The translations under genes and the position numbers were made by a program. Shown here one piece after another: positions 1 to 9,916 of a DNA stretch of 64,000 nt (the first letter of the stretch is position 1; each line of letters begins with the position of its first letter). The DNA is taken from positions 672,001 to 736,000 of the forward strand of contig CAWCUS010000002.1 of assembly GCA_963798845.1 (NCBI GenBank), given 5' to 3'. Source of the stretch: an uncultured Gemmatimonadales bacterium (lineage in GTDB: Bacteria > Gemmatimonadota > Gemmatimonadetes > Longimicrobiales > RSA9). The notes beneath the pieces were generated by a model, which was given only the letters and a program-made list of their open reading frames with translations, did no database searches and was not told the DNA's origin.

Positions 1-3000
1 GTCTCCGTCCGTCTCGACCGTCGCCGGGAACCCGCCGCCGACCTGAGCACCCAACGGCAGTACTTGGATCACGACCTGCACGGGCGTGGCCTTCGCGATG
101 TGGAAGCTCTGCGAGATCGGACCCGCGGCGGTGTAGACGCCGGCCGCCGCCAGCGACGCTTCGATCATGCAGTACGCGTCGCCGACTGCCGCGCCGGTGA
201 TCGTCACCTGGCCCGCGGAGGTCACCGAGCAACCGGCGCTGCTGCTGCCCACGGCGAACGTGATGGCGCCAGTGCTGTTGGTGCTGTTCGTGTATCCGGC
301 CACGCTGAACGGCCCGTCCCCGTATGTCTTCGACAGAGCGGGGAGGTTGAAAGTGAAGTTCGGCGTGATCGGGGACGGCGACGACACTGTGAAACTCTGC
401 GGCGCGCCGTCGGCCGCGAGCCAGTTCGTTCCCGCGGCCACGTGCGCCACCACCGTGCAGGTGCCAGTGGCGATGTAGCTAACGACACCGCCGCTCACGG
501 TGCAGACGCCGGTCGTGCTCGAGGTCGTGGACTTCGTCCCGTCACTCAGAGACGTGTACGTCGGCGTGAAGGTCCCGCCGACCGTGGCGCTCGATGGCAC
601 GTTGTTGATGCTGACCGTGGTGGACGCCTTCGCGATGTTGAAGCTCTGCGAGATCGGCCCCGCGGCCGCGTAGGTCCCATCCGCCGCCAGCGACGCTGTG
701 ATCACACAGGATGCGGGATCCACCGCCGCCCCGGTGATCGTCACCTCGCCCGCGGAGGTCACCGAGCAACCGGCGCTGCTCGCGCCCAGCGCGAACGTGA
801 TCGCCCCGGTACTGTTGGTGCTGCTCGCGAAGCCCGCCACGCTGAACGCCGCGTCGCCGTACGTCTTCGCCGGCAGCGTCGAGAGGTTGAAGGTGAAGTC
901 CGGCGTGGGGAGGGCCGCCGTCTCGTACGCGCCAATGTCGCACGCGTCACCCTGTGGCCGGCTCACGCCGCGCTGGTCGGTGTCGACGGTGCTACCACAG
1001 CCGATGGTGCCAGAGGGTATCTGGTCGATTGCCGCGCTCTCCGTGGCGAGGGCGTGGGTCCACGTGAAGCCGCCGTTGTCGGCCAACGGCCCGAGCCCCG
1101 GGTCAACGCCGACGATGTTCCCGTTGGCGCCGTCGGTGAACGAATGACCCGACGCGCTCTCGATCAACGTGTAGGTAGCCGTGACGCGCCCACTGGGATC
1201 CCCAAGGTCTGGTTTCGCATTCGAATCCGTAGTAACGCAGGTATTGTCCGCCAGGAGGGCCGCCGAGAGCACGGTCGCGCCCCCTTCAGCGTATACGCCA
1301 CCCCCCGTGTACGCGGAATTCCCCGCCACCGTGCTGAATTCGACGTTCAGCGTCCCGTCTGAGATGTAAACTCCACCACCGAGCCACGAGCCGCTGTTCC
1401 CGCTCACGGTGGAATTCCGCACCGTCGCCACGCCATTCGAGACGCGGATTCCGCCTCCGCCATGCGCACTGTTCCCGCTGATGGCGCTGTTCTCCACCAT
1501 CAAGGTCCCATAGCTGAAGCTGATCCCACCGCCATCCTGGATCCCGGCATCTCCGGAAAACGAGTTGCCCGTGATCGTGCTGTTCCGCACGGTGACGTTC
1601 GCTTGGAAGACGCTGATGCCTGCCCCGAAGAGGGAGACGTTGCTGCCACCCGTAACGGTGTTGTCTCTGACGACCATGCCTGTCCAGGAGCGCGGTGGCG
1701 TAGCTGATGTTCATTCCACCACCGTTAACACCGGTTGTACGCCCGTCGCGTACAGTCATCCCGTGCAACTCGACGACAATCGCCTCGGTAAAGTTGTAGA
1801 TCTCGAACACTCGATAGGAATTCTGACCCCGCAGAGAAAGGCTCTCGGCCCCGGGTCCGCGGATGATCAGCGATTTGTTGATGATCAGCGTCGACGCGAG
1901 ATCGATGTCACCGGTGACGGCGAACGTGATGGTGGCGCCGCTGCTGGCGTACGAGATCGCCTCGCGCAGCGTGCAGTCGCCCGTGTCGCAGGATCCGTCG
2001 GAGTGGTCCGCGCGCGTGTTCACCACGGGCGCGCCGGGATCCTGGGCCATGATCACCACCTTCTCGTACGCCCCCACGTCGCAGGCGGTGCCCTGCGGCC
2101 GCGTGATCCCACGCTGGTCGGTGCTGACGGCCGCACCCGTGTGGTCCGTGCAGCTGGCGGCGGGGATCTGGTCGAGCGCCGGGCTGCCCGGGAGCAGCGC
2201 GTACGTCGCCGTCGATCCGCCGTCCACGGTCAGCGCGCCCAGGCCGGCGCTGGCGACCCCCGTCTGGTCTCCGGTGGAGATGAAATTGGCCGTGAAATTC
2301 ACGTTGGCGCCGGCCGCTCCGACGAGATTGTAGCCCAGGCTCGAGAAGCCGCTGGAGCTGCTCGCCGCCACGTCGTTCGCCGTGCTGCCGTCCGAGAGCG
2401 TGTTGCCCCAGATGACGCTGCCCTTCACGTAGGTCTGCGTCGACCCGCTCTGGGTGGAGTAGATCCCCCCGCCCCCGACCGCCGCGGAGGTGCCCCCGCG
2501 GTTCCCGGTGATCGTGCTGAGGATGATGCGCGCGTCGCTCGAGGCGATCTTGATCCCGCCACCATAGCTCGCGGCCTGGTTCCCGGTCACGGTGCTGTTC
2601 ACCATCGTCAACGTGCCGGCATCGATGGAGAGCCCGGCGCCTGTTGCGGTCGCCGTGTTGTCGCTGATCGTGCTGTTCGTGACGATGAGCGTCCCTCTGT
2701 TCTCGATCCCCGCACCGAGCAACGCCTGGTTACCTGCTATGGTGCTGTTCGCGACGGTGAGGACGGCCCCGGCCTGGTTGTTGATCCCACCGGCACCGAG
2801 GGTCCCACCCTGATTGACGGCAATCTCGCTGTTCGTGACCGTCAGCGTTCCCCGGTTTTCGATCCCGCCCCCGGAATAGATGGCGGTGTTCACGGTGACG
2901 GCGCACGCGTCGAGCGTGACCGTCGCCCCGGCGCCGACGAAGACGCCGCCGCCATAGTAGTGGTAGCCGTTGGTGATGCCGAGTCCCGAGATCGAAACCG

Positions 3001-3410
3001 TCCCCGTCGATACGCTGAACACCTGGGCCACACGTCGGGGAGCCGGGCGCTCTGATGATCACCTTGTTGGCACCCGGTCCGGTGATGGTGAGGCTCCTGC
3101 CGATCGACAGGGCGCTTGACGCCAGGTTGAGCATTCTCGTGCCGGTGGCCGTCAGGGCGGGATCGAACGTGATCTCCGCGCCCGCGGACGCGAAGGCGAT
3201 CGCCTCCCGCAGCGTGCACTCGGTGTCGTCGCACGTCCCATCGCCGGGATCCGCGACGCTGTTCACCACGGGTGCGCTGGCGACCTGCATGGCCGGACCG
3301 TCGGGTCCCAGCAGGCTGGTCGGATCCCGGTCCTGGCATGCCAGGGCCAGGGTAGTCAGAAGAAGCACTCCGACCCGTGCGGGGCGGAGCAGAGAAGTCG
3401 TTCCAGCCAT
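1..3410 (-). CDS. Large surface lipoprotein: two CSLREA + beta-helix + choice-of-anchor-Q modules, then Ig-like repeats. 3' end lies outside the window; two apparent frameshifts (~3035, ~1683)
   Basis: ATG at 3410 behind GGAGG; lipobox-like LALAC; CTLREAI twice; TDQRG..RPQG..CD(V/I)GAYE twice; GGGI/NSTIxGN repeats. Three consecutive frames join into one coherent protein, and the last frame stays open to position 1. Confidence 0.85.
88..904 (-). repeat. Two ~92-aa Ig-like intragenic repeat units (about 88-364 and 626-904)
   Basis: P(D/N)FTFNL...KTYGD..FSVAG...STNSTGAITFA.G.SSAGCSVTSAG.VTITGAAV...C.I.ASLAA.G.Y.AAGPISQSF.IAKA in both units. Confidence 0.85.
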
Positions 3411-3504
3411 GAGGACCTCCGGGGTGGCAGGCGCGCACCTTCGCGTGCCGCAGGGTGTCGGTTCCGTGCGCGGGGTCATGCCCGCACATGGAATCTGAGC
3501 CGCG

Positions 3505-3611
3505 ACCCTGACCGCACCCTGACCGCACCCTGACCTGCCGGGGAGTGGATGGCTCCGGAAGTCCTCGATTTCGGCCGAATCGGCCAGAAATCCTGACCGG
3601 ATCCTGACATC
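3505..3611. promoter_or_regulatory. Phased 11-bp direct repeats with CCTGAC core (3+2 copies); putative regulator binding sites
   Basis: CCTGAC at 3507, 3518, 3529, 3592 and 3603, upstream of the surface-protein start. Confidence 0.5.
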
Positions 3612-3829
3612 GGGAGTGAACCGAACCCTTCAGACCGCTTGTTCCACCTGGACCCCGCCGGCCGCCGTCGTTCTGCTCCTCGCGTGCGGGCATGTGCGCA
3701 CCTCCCGTCCGCACGCTAGCCTCGCCGGGGCGAGGTGCTCAATAGCGGAATGGGGCGCATTGCGCCGGGGCGACGAACACGGGCGCGATCGGCTCCGGGC
3801 GGCTCACCGGCGACGTCAGCCCCGTCGCC

Positions 3830-5515
3830 TCAGGCAGGCGCCTTCTCCTTTGCGATCTCCCGTTCCCGCAGCTCCCGTCGCAGGATCTTCATCATGGAGC
3901 TCTTGGGGAGCTCAAACAGGAACTCGATGGAGCGTGGCACCTTGAAGGGTGCGAGCTGCTCGCGGCAGTAGGCGAGGATGGCCTCCTCGGTGGCGTCGTG
4001 CCCGGGCTTGAGGACCACGAACGACTTCACCGTCTCGCCTCGCCGCGGGTCGGGGACTCCGATGGTGGCGGCCTCGAGCACGGCGGGGTGGGCGTAGAGC
4101 ACCTGGTCGACCTCGTCGGGATAGACGTTGTAGCCGGACGCATCGATCATGTCCTTCTTGCGGCCGACGATGAAGGTGTAGCCGTCGTCGTCGACGCGGG
4201 CGAGGTCGCCGGTGAAGAGCCAGCCGTCGCGGAGCGTGGCGGCGGTTTCATCGGGGCGGTTCCAGTAGCCGACCATGACCTGCGGGCCGCGCAGGCAGAG
4301 CTCCCCTTCCTCGCCCAGCGGCAGCTCCGTCTCGCCGGTCTCCACGTCCACGACCTTCATGTTCGTGTTCGCCACCGGGATGCCCACGGAGCCGACCTTC
4401 CGGAGCCCGTAGAGCGGGTTGACGTGGGTGACGGGCGATGTCTCGGTGAGGCCGAAGCCCTCGGTGATCTTCCCGCCCGTCAGCTCCTCGAAGCGCTGGA
4501 GCACCTCCACGGGGAGCGGCGCGGAGCCGGAGAAGCACCCCTTGATGCTGGAGAGGTCGAGCTTCTCGACGCCCGGGTACTCGTTGATGGCGAGGAAGAG
4601 CGCGGGCACGGCCGGGAAGATGGTGACCCTGTAGCGGGTGATGCTCTTCACCAGGTCCTTGATGTCGCGCGGGTTGGGGGCGAGCACGATGTGGGCGCCG
4701 TGGACCACGGGCCAGAGCATGGACACGGTCATGCCGAACACGTGGAAGTACGGCAGGCACGCCAGCAGCGTCTCCCCGCCGGCTTCGAGCGACGGGAACC
4801 AGGCGCGGCACTGCTGCGCGTTCGCCGACAGGTTGCCGTGCGTGAGCATGGCGCCTTTCGACACGCCCGTGGTCCCGCCCGTGTACTGGAGCACGGCCAC
4901 GTGGTCCAGCGGAATGTCCACCGTGGGCGGCGACGGCGGATTGCCGGCGACGACGTCCTTGAAGAAGTGGACACCCTCCTCCTTCGGCACCTTCACGTAC
5001 TGCCCGGTCTTCTTCAGCTTCAGCGGCGCGAGCAGGTTGAGCGGGAAGGGGAGGTAGTCGGGGATCGAGGTGACGATGACGTGGCGGACCCCCGTCTTCT
5101 CGCGGATCCCGCGGAGCCGGTTCCACCACAGGTAGTCGAGCGTGACCACCACGCTCACGCCCGCGTCGTTGAACTGGTGCTCGACCTCCCGCTCGACGTA
5201 GAGGGGGTTGGTGTTCACCACCTGCGCGCCGAGGCGCAGCGTGGCGAAGTAGGCGATGACCATCTGCGGCAGGTTGGGGAGCCAGAGGGCGACGCGGCTG
5301 TCCCTCGTCACCCCGAGCGTCGCCAGCCCCGTAGCGAAGCGGTCCACCTGGTCCTTCAGCTGCACCCATGTGAGGGTCTTCCCCTTGAGCGTAACCGCGA
5401 GCCCGGAGCCCCACCGTTCCGCGGCCTCATCCAGGTAGTCCACCACCGTCTTCGCTTCCAGGTCCAGTCGGGGCGGGACTTCCGGCTCGTAGTGCTCGAT
5501 CCAGATCGGTTCCAT
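3830..5515 (-). CDS. Long-chain fatty acid--CoA ligase (AMP-binding, FadD/LcfA-like)
   Basis: Starts MEPIWIEHY; LQYTGGTTGVSKG AMP-binding motif; EGFGLTETSP; GWLFTGDL; IVGRKKDMI. Confidence 0.92.
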   Translation of the reverse strand: MEPIWIEHYEPEVPPRLDLEAKTVVDYLDEAAERWGSGLAVTLKGKTLTWVQLKDQVDRFATGLATLGVTRDSRVALWLPNLPQMVIAYFATLRLGAQVVNTNPLYVEREVEHQFNDAGVSVVVTLDYLWWNRLRGIREKTGVRHVIVTSIPDYLPFPLNLLAPLKLKKTGQYVKVPKEEGVHFFKDVVAGNPPSPPTVDIPLDHVAVLQYTGGTTGVSKGAMLTHGNLSANAQQCRAWFPSLEAGGETLLACLPYFHVFGMTVSMLWPVVHGAHIVLAPNPRDIKDLVKSITRYRVTIFPAVPALFLAINEYPGVEKLDLSSIKGCFSGSAPLPVEVLQRFEELTGGKITEGFGLTETSPVTHVNPLYGLRKVGSVGIPVANTNMKVVDVETGETELPLGEEGELCLRGPQVMVGYWNRPDETAATLRDGWLFTGDLARVDDDGYTFIVGRKKDMIDASGYNVYPDEVDQVLYAHPAVLEAATIGVPDPRRGETVKSFVVLKPGHDATEEAILAYCREQLAPFKVPRSIEFLFELPKSSMMKILRRELREREIAKEKAPA

Positions 5516-6213
5516 GGTCGCCTCACCGCCAGAATGTGAACGAGCCGCTCGCTCAGCCGCAGCTCGATGAGTCCCCGGGCCGCCAGCGACAGAAGATCGT
5601 GCAGGAGGCCGCGGCCGCCGCCGGTCTTCTCTTCCGCGACGTCCGGCGGGAGCTCCACCACCACTCGCAGGACACCGCTCTCCTCCTCCAGCTCCACCGC
5701 CCCCGCGTGCGTCTCCACGAGCCGCCGGATCGGCTGGTTGCTGGCGAGCACATCCCCGCTGAAATGGCGGATGCCCCGCTCCCGGGCCGCCGCGGCCAGG
5801 CGCGCCAGCAGCAGCGTTCCGAGACCGCGGCCCTGCGCCGCATCGATCACCGTGACCGCCGCTTCCGCCACGGTCGGGTCCTCGGCGGTGCGGAGGAAGC
5901 GGGCCACGCCCAGCCCTTCGATCTCCCGCCCTTCGTCGTCCAGCCAGGCCGCGCCCAGGACGAAGTGGTCGCCGCCGCCGGCGCGGGTGAGGGCCGCCAC
6001 CTCCGCGTCGGAGAGCTCTGCTTTCTGGGTGAAGAACCGGCTGTAGCGCGACGCGGGCGAGAGGCGGGAGAAGCCCGCCCGGAGGAGATCGGCGTCGTCC
6101 GGCCGGAGCGGCCGCAGGAGCACGCGGGTGCCGTCCCCGAGGCGCGCTTCCTCGGCGTAATCCGGACCGAAGGCCCGATGGCCCTGCGGCGCGCTGCCGC
6201 GCTTCGTGGGCAT
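5356..6213 (-). CDS. GNAT family N-acetyltransferase resembling the GNAT domain of Pat-type protein acetyltransferases; true 3' end may be ~5523
   Basis: DGTRVLLRPLRPDD, SRYSRFF, GVARF, AEAAVTVIDAAQGRGLGT acetyl-CoA motif, VLASN. The last ~55 codons overlap the downstream gene. Confidence 0.8.
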   Translation of the reverse strand: MPTKRGSAPQGHRAFGPDYAEEARLGDGTRVLLRPLRPDDADLLRAGFSRLSPASRYSRFFTQKAELSDAEVAALTRAGGGDHFVLGAAWLDDEGREIEGLGVARFLRTAEDPTVAEAAVTVIDAAQGRGLGTLLLARLAAAARERGIRHFSGDVLASNQPIRRLVETHAGAVELEEESGVLRVVVELPPDVAEEKTGGGRGLLHDLLSLAARGLIELRLSERLVHILAVRRPWNRSGSSTTSRKSRPDWTWKRRRWWTTWMRPRNGGAPGSRLRSRGRPSHGCS

Positions 6214-6219
6214 CGCTCG

Positions 6220-8358
6220 CTACACCGCCGCCACCGCCGCCCGCACCCGCCCCGGGGTCATCGGCAGCGTGGTGAGCCTCGCCCCGGTCGCGTCGTGGAT
6301 GGCGTTGGCGATGACGGCGCCCATGATGGTGATGGCGGGCTCGCCTCCGCCCTGGGGGGAGAGGTCGGGGTTGTCCACGAGGATGACCTCGATCTCCGGT
6401 ACCCAGGAAAAGCGGGGCAGGTGGTAGGTGCCGAAGTTCTGGTCCAGGACCGCGCCGCCGCGGAAGCGAACCTCCTCGGCCAAAGCGTAGCCGAGGCCCA
6501 TGGTGATGCAGCTTTCCACCTGCATGGTCGCGCCTTCGGGGTTGATCACCTCGCCCATGTCCTGGGCGACGACGATCCGCTCCACGCGCACGCGGCCGCT
6601 CGGCCGGTCCACGGCCACCTGCGCGACCGCGGCGACCCACGTCCCGACCTCCAGCGCCGCCGCCACACCCACACCGCGCCCGGACGGCGCGGGCGCGAAT
6701 TCGCCGCCGAAGCGCTCTGCGGCGGAGCGCAGCGCCCGCACGGCGCGGGGATCGGCCAGGTGGTCGAGGCGGAAGCTCACCGGGTCCCTCCCCGCGAGCG
6801 CGGCCAGCGCATCGATCTGGGACTCCGCGGCGAACGTGTTGGTGTTGGCGCCGGGCGCCCGCCACGGCCCCACGGCCAGCGGCTGACCCTGCCCCTGTCG
6901 CTGCCATCCGCCCGCGGACGTCACGCGCACGTGCGGGAACCGGTACGCCGGCTCGGCGCCCCCGCTGCCGGCGTACAGCGTGTCCAGCTCCCAGAGCACG
7001 GGGCTGCCCGCGTCGTCGAGGGCCGCTGCGGCCTTCACAACGGCCGCCGGGCGGAAGCGGTCGTAGAAGAACTCCTCGCGCCGCGACCACATGACCTGTA
7101 CCGGCCGTCCGGCGAGCTTCGACAGCCTGGCCGCTTCCACGGCCTGCCGGTTGTACGTCTTGCCGCCGAAGCCGCCGCCGACGTAGGGCGTGATCACACG
7201 CACCTTGTCGGCCGGCACGCCCAGCGCTTCGGCCACCTGGTCGCGGCAAGGGAAGGGGGTCTGGGTCGATGCCCAGACCGTGGCGCCGTCGTCGTCCACG
7301 CGCGCGACGGCCGTGTGCGGCTCCATGGGCGCGTGCGCCACGAAGTGGTTGTAGTACGTGTTCTCCACGCGACGCGACCCGAGCCGCCGGCCCTCAGCCA
7401 CGCTCCCCTCCTCTGCGACCAGCTGCGCGGCCGGTGCCGACGCGGCGAGGTGCTCGAAGATGGACGCGTTGTCCACGGTCGCCTCCGGCTCGTCCCAGCG
7501 CGCCTCCAGCCGTGCGGCCGCGTCCATGGCCGCGTCCGGCAGCGGGTGCAGCACGGCGACCAGGTCGCCGTCGCGGACGACGCGGGAACCCTCCACAGCC
7601 TCGGCACCGCTCACATCCACGTCCAGCAGCTTTGCGCCGTGGACGGGCGGCCGGAGCGCGCTGGCGTAGAGCATGTCGGGGAGGCGGACGTCGCCCGCGT
7701 ACAGGGCGTCGCCCGTGACCTTGTCCCGGCCGTCCACGCGCCGCGTCGGCACGCCGCACACGGTGTGCTCCGCCATCGGCTGGAGCGGGACGGCGGTCGG
7801 GGCCTGGCCTTCCGTGGCGACGCCCTGTGCGGTCGCCGTCCGCTCCAGCCTGCGACCGCGGACCAGCTCGCCGTACCCGACGGAGCTGGACGGATCGCGC
7901 GTGTCGAAGATGCGGCCGTCACGCGTGTCGAGCCGGGCGACGGGGGCGCCCAGCCGCTCGCTCGCCAGCTCCAGCAGCGCGCTCCTCGCCTCGGCGCCGG
8001 CCCGGCGTAGCGGGGGCCCGAAGAAGCGGGTGGTCATGGAGCCGAAGGTGCCCATGTCCCAGGGGCACAGGTCGGTGTCGCCCATGACGGCGTCAATCGC
8101 GGCGAGCGGGACGTCGAGCTCCTCGGCCAGCATCTGCGGCAGCGATGTGTTCACGCCCTGGCCCATCTCGATCTTCCCCGTGAACAGGGACACCCGGCCA
8201 TCCTCGCCGATGCGCAGGTACGCGTTCAGGTCGGTCGGGTAGCCGCGCTGCTGATCTGCCGGCAGCGCAGCGAGGAGGTCGGAGACGTCCACGGAGAACA
8301 GCACCGTGAGGCCGCCGCCCAGGACGGCCACGAACTCCCGCCGGTCCATGGTGCTCAC
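6220..8358 (-). CDS. Xanthine dehydrogenase family molybdopterin-binding subunit (IorB-like) with twin-arginine-like N-terminus
   Basis: GTG overlaps the upstream TGA; DRREFV; GKIEMGQG; HAPMEP; VGGGFGGK; WRAPG; GGGEPA. Confidence 0.9.
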   Translation of the reverse strand: MSTMDRREFVAVLGGGLTVLFSVDVSDLLAALPADQQRGYPTDLNAYLRIGEDGRVSLFTGKIEMGQGVNTSLPQMLAEELDVPLAAIDAVMGDTDLCPWDMGTFGSMTTRFFGPPLRRAGAEARSALLELASERLGAPVARLDTRDGRIFDTRDPSSSVGYGELVRGRRLERTATAQGVATEGQAPTAVPLQPMAEHTVCGVPTRRVDGRDKVTGDALYAGDVRLPDMLYASALRPPVHGAKLLDVDVSGAEAVEGSRVVRDGDLVAVLHPLPDAAMDAAARLEARWDEPEATVDNASIFEHLAASAPAAQLVAEEGSVAEGRRLGSRRVENTYYNHFVAHAPMEPHTAVARVDDDGATVWASTQTPFPCRDQVAEALGVPADKVRVITPYVGGGFGGKTYNRQAVEAARLSKLAGRPVQVMWSRREEFFYDRFRPAAVVKAAAALDDAGSPVLWELDTLYAGSGGAEPAYRFPHVRVTSAGGWQRQGQGQPLAVGPWRAPGANTNTFAAESQIDALAALAGRDPVSFRLDHLADPRAVRALRSAAERFGGEFAPAPSGRGVGVAAALEVGTWVAAVAQVAVDRPSGRVRVERIVVAQDMGEVINPEGATMQVESCITMGLGYALAEEVRFRGGAVLDQNFGTYHLPRFSWVPEIEVILVDNPDLSPQGGGEPAITIMGAVIANAIHDATGARLTTLPMTPGRVRAAVAAV

Positions 8359-8834
8359 GACGCACCTCCCTTCATCGCACGCGCGGCGGTGCGGACGGCC
8401 TGCACCACCCGGACATGGGTGCCGCAACGGCAGAGGTGCGGCTCGAGCCCCGCCCGGATCTGCTCGTCCGTCGGGTCCGGCGTCTGCCGCAGCAGCGCCA
8501 CCGCTCCCATGATCATCCCGGGCGTGCAGTACCCGCACTGGAGCGCGTCGTGGTCCACGAACGCCTGCTGGACCGGGTGCAGCTCGCCGTCGGCGGCCAG
8601 CCCCTCGATGGTGAGGATCTCCGCGCCGTCCACTCCGGTCACCGGCATGATGCACGAGCGCACCGGGCTCCCGTTCACCAGCACGGTGCAGGCGGCGCAA
8701 TGGCTTTCGCCACAGCCGTACTTGGTGCCGGTGAGTCCGAGGTCGGTGCGGAGGACCCAGAGGAGGCGGCGCCCCGGATCCACATCGATCTCCGTGGGTC
8801 GGCCGTTGAGGGTGAATCGGACGGTGCGCCGCAT
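8355..8834 (-). CDS. (2Fe-2S)-binding small subunit (IorA/CoxS-like)
   Basis: GTKYGCGESHCAACTV, QCGYCTPG, LCRCGT. Confidence 0.95.
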   Translation of the reverse strand: MRRTVRFTLNGRPTEIDVDPGRRLLWVLRTDLGLTGTKYGCGESHCAACTVLVNGSPVRSCIMPVTGVDGAEILTIEGLAADGELHPVQQAFVDHDALQCGYCTPGMIMGAVALLRQTPDPTDEQIRAGLEPHLCRCGTHVRVVQAVRTAARAMKGGAS

Positions 8835-9063
8835 GGCCGTGCTCCGGTCCCTGAAGGTGGTGGGTGTCGCTTCGCCGGAGGGCCGAGGGGCGCGGTCCCT
8901 GGGTCAACGAATAGGCAGAGGCGTGGATGGACACAAGAGAACGGCGGCGGCCGGGACGCCGCGGACGGGACGCCGACATTGTGTGAAGCTGCGCCGTCGT
9001 GGCAACGTAGACGAAGGGTCTCCCCCGCAGGCGAGGCATCCGTCCACCCGAGAAGGGAGCGCG

Positions 9064-9738
9064 ATGATGGAGTTCGCCGATACCCAGGACCGGACCGCCG
9101 ACTACCCGGTGGCTGTCCGCGTTCCCGCCCAGACCGAGCAGCGCAACCGGCTGACTGCCGCGTTCCGCTTCTTCTTCGCCCTGCCTCACCTCATCCTGGT
9201 GGGCGGGCCGGTGGCGGTGATCTTCTCCGTGGACTGGAGTTCCGACTCCAACTGGCACTTCGGCTACGGGTCGGCCGGCCTCGTGGGATGCGTCGCGACA
9301 CTCGCGGCCATCGCTGCCTGGTTCGCCATCCTCCTGGCTGGCGCCTATCCCGAGAGCCTGCGCCGGTTCGCCGCCTTCTATCTTCGCTGGCGCGTCCGCG
9401 CCATCGCGTACATGACCCTCCTGCGCGACGAGTACCCGCCGTTCGGCGATGCACCGTATCCGGCGGAGGTGGACCTGCCATTGCCGTCGGGGCCCAGGGA
9501 CCGCCTCACCGTGGCGTTCCGTTTCTTCCTTGCGCTGCCGCACATGTTGGTGCTCTGGCTGCTCAGCATTGCATGGGCCTTCACCACGGCGCTCGCGTGG
9601 GTCGTCATCCTCTTCACGAGGCGCTACCCCGAAGGCCTCTACGGCTTCGCACTCGGCGTGTTCGCCTGGAGCGTGCGCGTGGAGGCGTACATGCTGCTGC
9701 TTACGGACGAGTACCCGCCCTTCAGCCTGAGGGCCTGA
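9064..9738 (+). CDS. DUF4389-like membrane protein, internally duplicated
   Basis: Two halves R.RLT.AFRFF.ALPH ... AYM.LL.DEYPPF; purine-rich RBS upstream. Confidence 0.8.
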   Translation: MMEFADTQDRTADYPVAVRVPAQTEQRNRLTAAFRFFFALPHLILVGGPVAVIFSVDWSSDSNWHFGYGSAGLVGCVATLAAIAAWFAILLAGAYPESLRRFAAFYLRWRVRAIAYMTLLRDEYPPFGDAPYPAEVDLPLPSGPRDRLTVAFRFFLALPHMLVLWLLSIAWAFTTALAWVVILFTRRYPEGLYGFALGVFAWSVRVEAYMLLLTDEYPPFSLRA

Positions 9739-9916
9739 CCCCAGGCTGGAAGCTCCAGCTCAGCGGACTGCGCGGCGCGGTCCGCCGGCTCCGCCGCCGC
9801 CCCGCGCCCGCCGCCCCCGACCATCCGTCGGGCTTCGGGCGTCCGCCGGGGCGAGAACGAGCGGCCGACCCCTGCCCAGGGGCCGGCCGCTCGAGCATGG
9901 GCGGGCCTGGTCCCGC

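Noticed and set aside
3830..9543. 1139-aa and 1107-aa ORF-track calls as fusion proteins
   Set aside because: The N-terminal parts are off-frame read-through of neighbouring genes; the real starts are at 5515 and 8358.
3723..9854. CGCCGGGGCGA seen three times (3723, 3763, 9844) as a REP-like element
   Set aside because: An 11-mer almost entirely G/C in a very GC-rich sequence; no extended similarity.
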